This document shows, one piece after another, positions 19,289 through 29,224 of a DNA stretch of 64,000 bases. The notes below the pieces were generated by a model, which was not told where the DNA came from, ran no database searches, and saw only the letters and a list, made by a program, of their open reading frames with translations. This DNA is from Deltaproteobacteria bacterium (GTDB lineage: Bacteria; Myxococcota; JACRCW01), in the NCBI GenBank assembly GCA_016218805.1, contig JACRCW010000085.1, positions 62,001 through 126,000 on the forward strand, read 5' to 3'. Each line of letters starts with the position of its first letter. The stretch's first letter is position 1. The position numbers and the translations under genes are program-made.

Positions 19289-19591
19289 CGGGCCTCCGGG
19301 GAGGAGGGCTTGTAGCAACAATGTCGACGGCCTGTCGCCGGTGACATCGGCAGCGGGGACCGGGCCGCCGCCATGCGCCACCGCCATTGGGTTGTCCGGT
19401 GTCAAACCTGGGAAGTGGCCGCCTTGACGATGACCCCGCTCCCGAACCTGACCTCCGACGATCCCTCCGCGTGCGCGTCGTCCCGGCGGCCTGGCACGTG
19501 GCCCAGCCGCTCGCCGGGGCTTGTGCACACCGCGGGGCGTGGGCATGCTGCGCCGCCCCGGTGACCCGGGGCTCTCTTGGAGGATGACGAA

Positions 19592-20461
19592 ATGCGCGTG
19601 GCGAGGATCCTGCTGGCTGTGATGTCAACCTGGGCGGTGGCGTGTTCCAACAGCGGTGACGACGACGACAGCACCGGCAGCAGCAGCAGCGGCGGCACCG
19701 GCAGCAGCAGCAGCAGCGGCGGCAGCAGTGGCGGCACCAGCAGCAGCGGCGGGGCGAGCAGCAGCGGGTCCCCGGACGGCGGGTCCGGCGCGGTGTGCAC
19801 CACGCCCACCGCGGTCCTGTGCGAAGACCAGGTGGTGGCGGAGCTCAACCTCAAGGCCACCGTGAACCCGGACCTGGTGGAGAACACCCAGGCGGACGGC
19901 GGCGTGTTCATCACCCACGTGGACGCCACCGCCGGCGGGTTCAACAACCCCACGCCGCCCTCGTACGTCTACGCGGCCTTCACGGACACCGGGCTGATCA
20001 AGCGGGACCTTTCCGACGAGGCCGCGCTGCTGTCCATGGACTGGGACATTGCCTTCCGGCGCTATGTCATCCGCATCAACAGCGGCTACTCCGGCCCCTC
20101 CTGCGTCAACGCGGCGCGGATGCCGGACGCCACCGAGTTTGACACCTTTACCACCGTGCCGGCCAACGCCATCTGGCGCACCGACGCGTACTTTGACGCC
20201 TCGTGCGTGTTCATCTCCGACGGAACGGGGCTGACCAGTTCCCCGGCGGCGGCGCTGGCCAGCTACTACTCGTACCCGGGCTGCGTGAAGATGACGGGCA
20301 ACGTCTTTGTGGTGCGCCGGGCTGACGGGCGGATGGTGAAGCTGGAAGTGCTCAACTACTACAACGACGCCGCGCAGAACGAATGCCAGACCACCGACGC
20401 CGTCACCGTCATGCCCACGGGCTCCGGCAACATCCGGCTCCAGTGGGCGTTCCTGGACTGA
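19592..20461 (+). CDS. HmuY-family lipoprotein with a Ser/Gly-rich linker
   Basis: Lipobox AVAC; WDIAFRRYVIRINSG and FVVR.ADG..VKL..LNYY motifs. Confidence 0.8.
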   Translation: MRVARILLAVMSTWAVACSNSGDDDDSTGSSSSGGTGSSSSSGGSSGGTSSSGGASSSGSPDGGSGAVCTTPTAVLCEDQVVAELNLKATVNPDLVENTQADGGVFITHVDATAGGFNNPTPPSYVYAAFTDTGLIKRDLSDEAALLSMDWDIAFRRYVIRINSGYSGPSCVNAARMPDATEFDTFTTVPANAIWRTDAYFDASCVFISDGTGLTSSPAAALASYYSYPGCVKMTGNVFVVRRADGRMVKLEVLNYYNDAAQNECQTTDAVTVMPTGSGNIRLQWAFLD

Positions 20462-20464
20462 CCG

Positions 20465-22060
20465 GTGGGCGCGCCCCGTTGGAGTGCGGCGGCGATGCTG
20501 CCGCTGCTGGTTGCGTGCGCGGCCGGAGAGGGGGAGTCCGCGGCTGACGTGCGGGCCCGGCCGCACGCGGTGGAGCTGGCCCAGCGCCCGGACACCCAAG
20601 GCTCGGCCGAGCAGTTCACGTACGACACCGGTGACCTGGTGGAGTCCTACGCCCCGGACGGCGGGCGCTTCCGCGTGCACTACACGCGCACCGGCCGGCA
20701 CGCCGTCACGCCGGTGCCCGCGGACGGCGGGGTCCCCCCGTACGTGGTGAACGTGGCCGACCTGTACGAGCGCGTGGCGGACTTCTACGCCAACGACCTG
20801 GGGTTCCGGCGCCCACTGGAGGACTCCGCGGTCACCGACGGCAACGGCGGTGACGGACGGTTTGACGTGTACCTGCTGGACTTTGCGTTCTCCGCCGACG
20901 GAGCGTTCAAGCTGGACGCGTGCACCACCGCCAACCCGGACATCTGTATTGGCTACATGGTGCAGGAGAATGACTTTGCCGGGTACGGCTACCCGTCCGT
21001 GAACTACGCGAACCGCGTGCTGTCCAGCCACGAGTTCTTCCACGCCGTGCAGGCCGCCTACGACGAGGGCCAGGGCTCCGTGCTCTCCGAGGCCACCGCG
21101 GTGTGGGCGACCGAGAAATTTGACAGCTCGCTGATGGATTTTGAGGGGTTTCTGGACGGGTTCCTGCTGAATCCCGATCATTCCCTGGACCAGCCGCTTC
21201 CCGGCCCGGTGGACCCGTTTTCCTACGGCGCCGCGCTGTTCTTCCAGTTCCTGGATGAGAAGTACGGCCCGTCCGTCATCCGCGAGCTGTGGGAGTCCGT
21301 GGAGAACGGCCACGGCGGCGTGGCGGACCCGCAGTGGCTGGACCAGATGGACGGCGTGCTGGCCCCACACTCCGCCACGTTTGCGGAGGCATTTGCTGAA
21401 TTTGCCGCGTGGAACCTGCAGACGGGCCGCTTTGACGACCCGCTGCACGCCTACGCGCACGGCGGCGCGTACCCGGAGGTGGCCCTCACGGAAGTGGCCC
21501 CTCCGCACGAAAACCCCGCCATCCGTGTGTTCTACGCGTCCGCGCGTTACTACTCCGTGGCCCCGGACGGGCGCCCGCAGATGACCGTGGCCGTGGTGAA
21601 CACCCCGCTGTACCCGGACGCCACCCAGGGCCTGCGCCTGGTGCTCACCACCCGCACCGTCAACAACCAGGCGCTGGTGAGCATTGTGGACCCGGCGGTG
21701 GACGCCATTCCCGTCGTGGACACGGCCACCATTGGCGCGCTGGTGGTGGGCGTGGTGAACACCGCCACCTCCGGGAGCAGCCGGCGGCCGGGCCTGTGCA
21801 TCGGCTCACCTGACGAGGTGGACGCCTGCCGGATGCGCCTGTCCGGCCAGACCCCGGACGCGGGCAGCGGCGAGCCGGACGCGGGAACCCCGCCCGACGC
21901 GGGAAGCAGCGGCAGCGGCGGAGACTCCGGCGGTGATGACGACGGGGGCGGCGGCGGGCCGTTCGGGTGCTCCGCGGGGGACGCGCCCCGCGGCACGCCG
22001 TGGCCGGCCGTCTGTGCGCTGCTCCTGCTGGCCAGCCGGCGGCGCACCCGCGCGCGTTGA
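20465..22060 (+). CDS. Zinc metalloprotease-like surface protein (MXAN_6640-like) with a MYXO-CTERM-like tail
   Basis: HEFFHAVQ zinc motif, EATAVW third ligand, RFRVHY, DGRFDVY; lipobox-like LVAC; C-terminal GCS..hydrophobic..RRR. Confidence 0.8.
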   Translation: MGAPRWSAAAMLPLLVACAAGEGESAADVRARPHAVELAQRPDTQGSAEQFTYDTGDLVESYAPDGGRFRVHYTRTGRHAVTPVPADGGVPPYVVNVADLYERVADFYANDLGFRRPLEDSAVTDGNGGDGRFDVYLLDFAFSADGAFKLDACTTANPDICIGYMVQENDFAGYGYPSVNYANRVLSSHEFFHAVQAAYDEGQGSVLSEATAVWATEKFDSSLMDFEGFLDGFLLNPDHSLDQPLPGPVDPFSYGAALFFQFLDEKYGPSVIRELWESVENGHGGVADPQWLDQMDGVLAPHSATFAEAFAEFAAWNLQTGRFDDPLHAYAHGGAYPEVALTEVAPPHENPAIRVFYASARYYSVAPDGRPQMTVAVVNTPLYPDATQGLRLVLTTRTVNNQALVSIVDPAVDAIPVVDTATIGALVVGVVNTATSGSSRRPGLCIGSPDEVDACRMRLSGQTPDAGSGEPDAGTPPDAGSSGSGGDSGGDDDGGGGGPFGCSAGDAPRGTPWPAVCALLLLASRRRTRAR

Positions 22061-22149
22061 CGCCCACGCACCCACCAAGGGACCCGCCATGCCTACTGCC
22101 CTGCCCTCTGCCTCCACCCCCCACCCGGCTCGGCGCTCCGCGCCTCGCC

Positions 22150-22210
22150 GACCTCCCCCACAAGGGGGGAGGTCACGCGTGGGGAGGTCACGCGCGGGGA
22201 GGTCACGCGT
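22150..22210 (+). repeat. 15-bp tandem repeat x3, each unit containing GGAGGT, preceded by a complementary GACCTCCCC
   Basis: GGGGAGGTCACGCG(T/C) at 22166, 22181 and 22196; GACCTCCCC at 22150-22158. Confidence 0.85.
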
Positions 22211-22214
22211 GGTG

Positions 22215-23795
22215 ATGTCACGCGTGGCCGCGCTCCTTGTTGCCGCGGCGGGAACCGCCAACGCCGCACCCACCTGGCTTTGGAATGACGACGGCAACCG
22301 CGTCACCGCTACCCCCGCGGACGGCTCCGCCGTCTCCACCGCGCGCGGGGAGGTCTTCCCCGTCAACGTGCAATACCCGGACGGCCGGGCCACCCGCGCC
22401 CACGTTGGCCTTGACCTTGTGGTCCGTGTCCCGCGCGGCGCGGACCCCAAGACCGCCCTGGCCGCCGCTGGCCTCCAACCCCAACGGCCGCTGATGCCCG
22501 CTGCCGGCCTGTGGCTCGCGCGTGATGCCGCGGGGCGCCACGCCCTGGACGCCGTCACCGCCCTCCAGGCCCGCCCCAAAGGCACCCCCCTGGACGCCTG
22601 GCCGGACCTGTGGCTCCGCCGCCGCTCTCACGCCATCACCCTCCCGCCGGATGACCCGCTCTACTCCGGCCAGTGGTACCTCACGCAGATCCACATCGCC
22701 GACGCGTGGGCCCTGTCCACCGGCAACGCCGCTACCACCGTCGTTGTCATTGACAACGGCTGCGACCTCACCCACCCCGACCTGCTGGACAAGCTGGATG
22801 AGGGCCGCGACGTCGTCAGCGGCGACAACGACCCGTCCTATGACCCCAATGGCCAGGGCAACAACCACGGCACCTCGTGCGCGGGGATCGTCGGCGCCAC
22901 CACCGGCAACGCGCTGGGCATGGCCGGCGCCTGCCCTGAATGCCGCCTGCGCTGCGTCCGCCTCCTGGATGACAGCGCCACCGGCACCCCGCTCAGCGCG
23001 GACGTGGACGCCTTCCAGTTCGTCATTGACAGCGGCGCCGCCGTTGCCTCCAACAGCTGGGGATTTGTGGACGCCATCCCCGTGCCCGCCGGCCTGAAGG
23101 CGGCCATTGAGACCACGTTTGACACCGGGCGCGGCGGCAAGGGCGCCCTGGTCCTGTTCGCCTCCGGCAATGACGACCGCGAAGTGGGCGCCGACGAACT
23201 GCTCGCCGTGCGCGGCGTCATCGGCGTGGGCGCGGTGAACCTCTATGAGGAGACCACTTCGTTCACCAACTACGGCGCACCGGTGGACCTGGTGGCCCCC
23301 ACGGGCACCGTGACCACGGACATCCACGGCACCGCTGGCGAAGAGACCGGCGACTACACCAACCGCTTCGGCGGAACGTCGTCGGCGTGCCCGGTGGCGG
23401 CCGGCGCCGCGGCGCTGCTGGCCGCCGCCGCGCCGGACAAGACGGCGGCAGAACTCACGGACATCCTGCTGCAGACCACGCGGCCATCGCCGTACGCCAA
23501 CCCCGGTGCCGACGGGCACGACCCGTACTACGGCTACGGCGTGATTGACCCTGCGCACGCGCTCCGCGTGGCGCTGGGCCTGCCTGACCCGGTGGACGGT
23601 GGGGTCCCGGCTGACGCGGGGATGCCGGACGCCGGGACGGTGGACGCGGGAACCGGGTCCGGTGGTGATGCGCCCCCGCCCCCTGACGACGGAAAGAAGG
23701 GCTGCCTGTGCGCCGCGCCGACGGCGGGCGGACCCACTGCGCTGCTGGGCGGACTGCTGGCCGCATGGCGGTGGCGGCGGCGGCCGCGGCACTGA
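22215..23795 (+). CDS. S8 subtilisin-like serine protease with a MYXO-CTERM-like tail
   Basis: VIDNG, NHGTSCAG, SNSWG, FASGN, FGGTSSACP; C-terminal GCLC..hydrophobic..RRR. Confidence 0.9.
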   Translation: MSRVAALLVAAAGTANAAPTWLWNDDGNRVTATPADGSAVSTARGEVFPVNVQYPDGRATRAHVGLDLVVRVPRGADPKTALAAAGLQPQRPLMPAAGLWLARDAAGRHALDAVTALQARPKGTPLDAWPDLWLRRRSHAITLPPDDPLYSGQWYLTQIHIADAWALSTGNAATTVVVIDNGCDLTHPDLLDKLDEGRDVVSGDNDPSYDPNGQGNNHGTSCAGIVGATTGNALGMAGACPECRLRCVRLLDDSATGTPLSADVDAFQFVIDSGAAVASNSWGFVDAIPVPAGLKAAIETTFDTGRGGKGALVLFASGNDDREVGADELLAVRGVIGVGAVNLYEETTSFTNYGAPVDLVAPTGTVTTDIHGTAGEETGDYTNRFGGTSSACPVAAGAAALLAAAAPDKTAAELTDILLQTTRPSPYANPGADGHDPYYGYGVIDPAHALRVALGLPDPVDGGVPADAGMPDAGTVDAGTGSGGDAPPPPDDGKKGCLCAAPTAGGPTALLGGLLAAWRWRRRPRH

Positions 23796-23801
23796 ATCCA
23801 A

Positions 23802-24809
23802 TCAGCGGGACGCCGGCGTATCACTCCAGGAGCCATGCGCGCCGTACGTGCGGGCCTTGCCGGTCACCAGTTCCCCGGCCCAGCGCCGGTAGAAGTCCAC
23901 GTGGTGCCAGCGTCCGGGGAACGACGCGATGAGCACCGGGTGGCCCACCTCCTTCATGTGGTCCGCCGGCAGGCAGCCCATGAAGATGCCCCACCGCGCG
24001 GAGCGCACCTGCACCAGCCCGTCGTTGGGAATGGGATCACGCGGGTCCAGACCGGACAGCAGCACCGCGGTGGTGACCAATGCCGGCGGCGCAATGTCCG
24101 TCTCGTCGGGATTGGGCCATTCCGCCTCGTCACAGATGCCGGTGCCGGAGGCGCCCAGCGTGCGGCCCGCAAAGCTGTAGTAACGCACGCGCGGGTCATC
24201 ACGGACCTCCGCGTTGAACACCGCGGCAAAGCGCGCGGAGAGGTCCTTGGCCAGCCCCTGCGTGTCTGAGCCCTTCTCAATGCCGTTCACCGTCCGGGAC
24301 CACACGTCCGCACCAAAGTCCTGGATGAAGTGCGTGGGGCCAAAGTTCAGCGCCCCGTACCCGTCCGCCACCACCGTCCCGCGGTGCGGTGTGCCCACCG
24401 TGGTCAACGATGCGATGCGGCCCCCGAATCCCAGCTTGCTGATGGCATAGCGCGCATCCAGTCCGCCCATGCTGTGGGCAATGACGTGGAGCCTTGGTGC
24501 GTGCGTACGCCGCAGGATCATGTCCAGCTGGCGGGCCAGGTGCTCCGCGCGGACGGGCACGCTCCCCCACGGCGGCACCGTGGTCACAAACACCCGCCGC
24601 CCGTCCGCGCGCAGGGCGGCGGGGACCCGGTAGAAGTAGTCCACCGTGCTGACGGAGCGGAAACCCGCCAGCCCGTGCGCCAGGACAATGGGCAAGTCGT
24701 CGTCCCCGCGCGGGGCCTGGGGTGGAGGGGTGGTGGCACACGCCGCGGCCACCGCCACGGCGCAACCGGCAAGTGCGCGGACCACGGACCTGCTGCCGCG
24801 CACGCTCAA
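23802..24809 (-). CDS. Triacylglycerol lipase-like alpha/beta hydrolase, lipoprotein
   Basis: PIVLAHG, AHSMGGLD, GTPHRG, NDGLV, DH; lipobox AAAC; TTGA overlap with the upstream gene. Confidence 0.88.
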   Translation of the reverse strand: MSVRGSRSVVRALAGCAVAVAAACATTPPPQAPRGDDDLPIVLAHGLAGFRSVSTVDYFYRVPAALRADGRRVFVTTVPPWGSVPVRAEHLARQLDMILRRTHAPRLHVIAHSMGGLDARYAISKLGFGGRIASLTTVGTPHRGTVVADGYGALNFGPTHFIQDFGADVWSRTVNGIEKGSDTQGLAKDLSARFAAVFNAEVRDDPRVRYYSFAGRTLGASGTGICDEAEWPNPDETDIAPPALVTTAVLLSGLDPRDPIPNDGLVQVRSARWGIFMGCLPADHMKEVGHPVLIASFPGRWHHVDFYRRWAGELVTGKARTYGAHGSWSDTPASR

Positions 24810-25867
24810 CCCCCCGGCCCCTTGCTGCCAACGGTGGCGGACGGACGCACCAGCCCCACGGCGCGCGGCGGCGGCTTCTTGAGCGGGTCACCGGGCGGCG
24901 GGTTGGCACCGCCGGGCTTGGAGGTGACCTTCTCCATTGGCATGACTTTGCTTTCAGCGGGCGGCGGGACGGGCGCGGGGGCGGCCGCACCCGCCGGGGA
25001 GGCAGCGGGACGGGCGGCCGCTGCCGCCGCCGGGGCGCGCGCGGAGGCGGCGCCGGCCGGACCGGGAAGCCGGCCGCAGGTGATGAGTTCCTCGTCGTCC
25101 TCCACGGGTTTCACGCGCAGCATGAAGTCGCGGCGGAGCGTCTCCGCCTTGGCGGCGTCCTTGTCGTCAAACGCGGTGAACGCCACCTGGCCCGCGTAGC
25201 TGATGTTCTTGAGCATCAGGTACAGGCGGCCCTTGAGGATGCTGAGCGCCTTGGCGCTGTCGGTGACGGCGGGGAGCTTGGCGGGTTCTTCGGGTTTCTT
25301 GGGCGGCGGCCCGTAGCGGTGGGACGCGAGCTTCTGTTCAAACTCCGCCAGCGCCTTGCGGTCGGGCACGGGCAGGTTCTGCAACTCGTAGCAGAGGTCT
25401 TCGCCCTGGTTGACCAGTTCCTCGGTGACGCCGCCGGGCGCCAGGCGCTTGAGGTCCTGCCGGGCAATCTGCACCAGGAGGAACAGTTCCTCGTACAGGC
25501 GCTCCGGCAGGCGGTGGAGTTGGAAGAGGCGGTGGAACTTGAGGCGGGCGTAGCGGTCGTCGGCGTAGGCGCGGTCCACCCGCCGCACCAGGTTGGCGCG
25601 CCACTGGAAGGCCCGCGCCACCACGCGCTCCTGCTCCTTGCTCAGCGACGGCGGCTTGGGAGGCTTGGCCTCCACGCGGTTGTGTTCCTTCTGGACCATG
25701 TCCCGCATCTGGTCCAGCTCCGTGTAGTGCTTGAGGTCCAGGCCTTCAGCGCGCATGGGCATGGCGTGCGAGCGCGCCAGGTCCACCAGGCGGGCTGCCT
25801 CCGCCAGCAGTTCCGCCGTCGGCAACGTGTGCCCCTCAAGCTCGAATTCTTTTTCGGTGTTGGCCAT
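24806..25867 (-). CDS. Hypothetical helical cytoplasmic protein with a Pro/Ala-rich tail
   Basis: Charged, helix-like composition with GC3-rich codons; no recognisable motif. Confidence 0.75.
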   Translation of the reverse strand: MANTEKEFELEGHTLPTAELLAEAARLVDLARSHAMPMRAEGLDLKHYTELDQMRDMVQKEHNRVEAKPPKPPSLSKEQERVVARAFQWRANLVRRVDRAYADDRYARLKFHRLFQLHRLPERLYEELFLLVQIARQDLKRLAPGGVTEELVNQGEDLCYELQNLPVPDRKALAEFEQKLASHRYGPPPKKPEEPAKLPAVTDSAKALSILKGRLYLMLKNISYAGQVAFTAFDDKDAAKAETLRRDFMLRVKPVEDDEELITCGRLPGPAGAASARAPAAAAAARPAASPAGAAAPAPVPPPAESKVMPMEKVTSKPGGANPPPGDPLKKPPPRAVGLVRPSATVGSKGPGG

Positions 25868-25922
25868 CCGTCACCCGTTGGTCACCGAGCATGGACGGCC
25901 AGGGACGGGCCCGCAAGCGCGG

Positions 25923-26762
25923 TCACAGGCCGCCGTCACGCAGCGCGCTCACCAGCGTCACGTGGCAGGCGCCGTCCGGGGCCACGCGCGCGGCGTGCAC
26001 CAACGCGGCTTCCTCAAACTCCAGCAGCGAGGTCACCGGCTGCGCATCCGCACGGGGCCACTCCAACGCGGTGAACGCGTCACCGGATACCGCGGCCAGT
26101 TCCTCCACGGTGACCCGTCCGTCGCCGGTGTCGGCGTCCACCTGGGCCTGCGCGCGCAGGCGCAGCATGCCGGAGGCCAATGATTCAAGGAACAGGCGCT
26201 CGCCGTGGAAGACCATGCGGACCGTGGCCTGGCCACCCGCCTCCACGCGCGCGTGGGTGACGCACGCCGCGTGGTGCAGCGCCGGGCGGAAGCCCCAGCT
26301 GAATGCAAGGGTGCGGCCGCCGCCCGTCAGGGTGCCCTCCGCCAGCACCGCCAGGCCGCCGCGCAGCAACTCCGCCACGTCGTCCTCGCTGGCGTCCACG
26401 GGCTGCGCACCGGCGGTGACCGGGCGGACGGAGAACCCCACGGACGTCCACGTGGCCGGCGTGACCTCCAGTTCCGCCAGCAGGTGCGGTCCCGGCCTGA
26501 CCAGGTCCACCACGCGCGCCCCCGCCAGGCGCGCCTGCTCGGTCCCGGCCTCGTTGTTGAACACCAGACCGTCCACGGCAACCAGGTAGCGCGTGAAGTG
26601 CACGCTCCACCCGTCCACAAACGACTCCGCGCCGGCCCCGCCCTCCAGCGCATTGCCCCCGGTCCACTCCCAGCGCAACCGCCCCTGCTGGCCCGCCGGC
26701 GTACACGCGGCGGCCACCGCCACCAGCGTTCCCATCACCACCCGGCGTGCCTGCCCGCGCAT
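25923..26762 (-). CDS. Hypothetical lipoprotein
   Basis: Lipobox AAAC; FVDGWSVHFTRYLVAV; DADTGDGRVT.EEL EF-hand-like segment; start could instead be 26735. Confidence 0.65.
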   Translation of the reverse strand: MRGQARRVVMGTLVAVAAACTPAGQQGRLRWEWTGGNALEGGAGAESFVDGWSVHFTRYLVAVDGLVFNNEAGTEQARLAGARVVDLVRPGPHLLAELEVTPATWTSVGFSVRPVTAGAQPVDASEDDVAELLRGGLAVLAEGTLTGGGRTLAFSWGFRPALHHAACVTHARVEAGGQATVRMVFHGERLFLESLASGMLRLRAQAQVDADTGDGRVTVEELAAVSGDAFTALEWPRADAQPVTSLLEFEEAALVHAARVAPDGACHVTLVSALRDGGL

Positions 26763-26784
26763 GCCCGGGTGGGTACACCGTGCC

Positions 26785-27207
26785 ATGCGCGACGTCATCC
26801 TCTTCGACGGTGACTGCGGCCTGTGCAGCCGTGTCGTGCGTTTTGTGCTGGCGCGGGACTCGGCGGGGCGCTTTGCGTTTGCCAGTCTGCAGGGCGCGGC
26901 GGCGCGCGGGTTGCTGGGTGGGCGGACGCCGGCGCTGGACAGCTTCCTGCTGGTGCGCAACGGGGCCGTGCTGGAGCGGTCCGAGGCCGCGCTGGCGGTT
27001 GCGCGGGGCCTTGGGTGGCCGTGGCGCGCGCTGGGGCTGCTGCGGTGGATCCCGCGCGCGGCGCGGGACGCAGCGTACGACGTCGTCGCGCGGCACCGGG
27101 CGTTGCTGGGTCCGCCGTTGTGCGAGCTGGGCGATGCCCGGTGGAAGGAGCGGTCGCTGGACACCCCGGCGGCGCGTGATTCCCCGCCATGGCGGATCCA
27201 CGCCTGA
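26785..27207 (+). CDS. DCC1-like thiol-disulfide oxidoreductase (DUF393)
   Basis: ILFDGDCGLC (DxxCxxC), FASLQ, RDAAYDVVARHR. Confidence 0.88.
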   Translation: MRDVILFDGDCGLCSRVVRFVLARDSAGRFAFASLQGAAARGLLGGRTPALDSFLLVRNGAVLERSEAALAVARGLGWPWRALGLLRWIPRAARDAAYDVVARHRALLGPPLCELGDARWKERSLDTPAARDSPPWRIHA

Positions 27208-27588
27208 GCAAGGTGCGTACGTGCTTGCTTGCTTGCCCGTCCTCGTTGCGGCGTGCGCGGCGACGCGGCGAGGAAACTCGCCGCGCGCTGCAAACCACCG
27301 GGCGGACAACCCGCGACGAGGAAGGGCCTGCCGGCGTGGCGTCAACGGCGGGATGCTCACCGCGCGTCCTGGGGAAGCCGCGGGGTCCTCTGGCTCAGGG
27401 CTGGGTAGGGGGGCCACGCCAAAGACGCCTGGCCGGGGGCCCAGGGGTGCCGGTCGCCAGCCCGTATCGTAAACATTACGCTTCCGTCGCTGGCGAGCCG
27501 GCCGGCCGGGTATGCGACCACGGAAGCGTTAGGGCATTGCCCGCCAGCGGGATGACCCGGGCAGCCCCCGTGCTATGGGCGGGGCCCC

Positions 27589-28356
27589 ATGAAGATTGCG
27601 ACGTGGAACGTCAACTCCATCCGCGCGCGCCTGGACCGCGCGGTGGCGTGGCTGCAGCGGACCGGACCGGATGTGGCGTGCCTGCAGGAGCTGAAATCCT
27701 CCGAGGAGGATTTCCCGCGCGCGGAGATTGAAGCGCTGGGCTACCGCATCCAGGCCACCTACCAGCGCACCTACAACGGCGTGGCCATCCTTTCCCGGCA
27801 TGACGCCACCGCGGTGGTGCACAGCCTGGACGACGGTGTGGAGGACCCGCAGGCCCGCCTGGTGGCGGCCACGGTGGACGGCCTGCGGGTGGTGTGCGTG
27901 TACGTCCCCAACGGCGGCGTGGTGGGCAGTGACAAGTACGCCTACAAGCTGGCCTGGATGGGACGGCTGCGCGCGTGGCTGGAACGGCACCACCGCCCGG
28001 ATGAACCGCTGATCGTGTGTGGTGACCTGAACATCGCGCCCGAAGCGCGCGACGTGCACGACCCCGCGCTGTGGGAGAACGAGAGCCTGTTCCACGTCGA
28101 CTCGCGGCGCGCGTTGCAGGACCTGTGCGCCTGGGGCCTGCAGGACGCGCTGCGCCTGGTGACGCAGGAGGCGGGGATCTACTCGTGGTGGGACTACCGC
28201 ATGCTGGGCTTTCCCAAGAACCGCGGCCTGCGCATTGACCACGTGCTGGTCACTGAGCCCGTGGCGCGCCGCGTGCGGGGCGTCACCGTCGAGCGCAACG
28301 AGCGCAAGGGCAAGCAGCCATCCGACCACGCCCCCGTGGTGCTGGAGCTCGACTGA
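27589..28356 (+). CDS. xth: Exodeoxyribonuclease III
   Basis: KIATWNVNSI, CLQELK, YNGVAILSR, VYVPNG, GDLN, YSWWDYR, RIDH, SDHAP. Confidence 0.96.
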   Translation: MKIATWNVNSIRARLDRAVAWLQRTGPDVACLQELKSSEEDFPRAEIEALGYRIQATYQRTYNGVAILSRHDATAVVHSLDDGVEDPQARLVAATVDGLRVVCVYVPNGGVVGSDKYAYKLAWMGRLRAWLERHHRPDEPLIVCGDLNIAPEARDVHDPALWENESLFHVDSRRALQDLCAWGLQDALRLVTQEAGIYSWWDYRMLGFPKNRGLRIDHVLVTEPVARRVRGVTVERNERKGKQPSDHAPVVLELD

Positions 28357-28412
28357 CCGAGGCGGCCGCCCGCCGGCGCGCTATGCTGGCTGGGACGGTC
28401 CCGGAGTCCCGT

Positions 28413-29132
28413 ATGCGCCTGTCGCTCCTGCTCGCTGGAATTCTCGCCACGGCCGCCGCGTGCCTGACACCCACCGAGGGCCTGGACGGGTCCAGCTCCA
28501 CGTCGTCGTCCAGCTCGTCAACCGGCGGGGCCTCCGCGTCGTCGTCCAGCTCATCTTCCTCCTCGTCCTCTTCCTCATCCAGTTCGTCGTCCTCCTCATC
28601 CAGCTCGTCCTCCTCCGGGCAACCCGCTTCCAGCGCGACCTCATCCGCGCCGAACCCCACATCCGCCCCCGCCGCAAGCTCCACCGCTCCACCGGCGTCC
28701 TCGGCCGCACCGCCGCCCTCGTCTTCCGCGCCGCCCGCGTTTGTGCCGGCCTGCCCACCGGAGGGCGCGCAGGACTGCTCCCCCGGCAGCGGCACCGGCG
28801 AAGGCGACCAGTGCGTGGACGGCAACTCGTGCTTCATGGACGAGGTCCAGGCCGCGGTGCGCGGGGTCATTGCCGACCACCCCGACTGGTTTGACCAGGT
28901 CTCCACCAACTGCCCCATCATCCTGGACGTGCAGGCCTACATGGATGACGTGGTGGCGCGCGTGGCCAACCGCGGCCTGTGCGTCATCCGTGACCCCAAC
29001 GCCCCTGACGAGGAAGTCACCGTCAAGCATGACAACTCGTACTCGGAGAACTTTGACATTGTGGCGTCCACCGGGTGCGCCCGTTACGGCGGCCTCATCT
29101 ACACGGGCTACTGCCGCCCCGCCTGGTGGTGA
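28413..29132 (+). CDS. Hypothetical lipoprotein with a long poly-Ser linker and a Cys-rich C-terminal domain
   Basis: Lipobox AAAC; ~40-aa Ser tract; C-terminal domain with eight Cys. Confidence 0.75.
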   Translation: MRLSLLLAGILATAAACLTPTEGLDGSSSTSSSSSSTGGASASSSSSSSSSSSSSSSSSSSSSSSSSSGQPASSATSSAPNPTSAPAASSTAPPASSAAPPPSSSAPPAFVPACPPEGAQDCSPGSGTGEGDQCVDGNSCFMDEVQAAVRGVIADHPDWFDQVSTNCPIILDVQAYMDDVVARVANRGLCVIRDPNAPDEEVTVKHDNSYSENFDIVASTGCARYGGLIYTGYCRPAWW

Positions 29133-29224
29133 GCGGGGCGTTTCTCCATGACGACGACGACGCGGGCGCGTTGCCAAGATGCGGGCTCCCCCGTACACCA
29201 ACGCGCCGGTGACACGGAGGCGTG

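Noticed and set aside
19425..19460. SRP (4.5S) RNA on the minus strand (GGTCAGGTTCGGGAGCGG)
   Set aside because: Lacks the GGAAGGAAGCAG continuation and the long enclosing helix
27285..27360. c-di-GMP-I riboswitch (GCAAACC)
   Set aside because: The GNRA stem and the GACGCAAAGC element are absent
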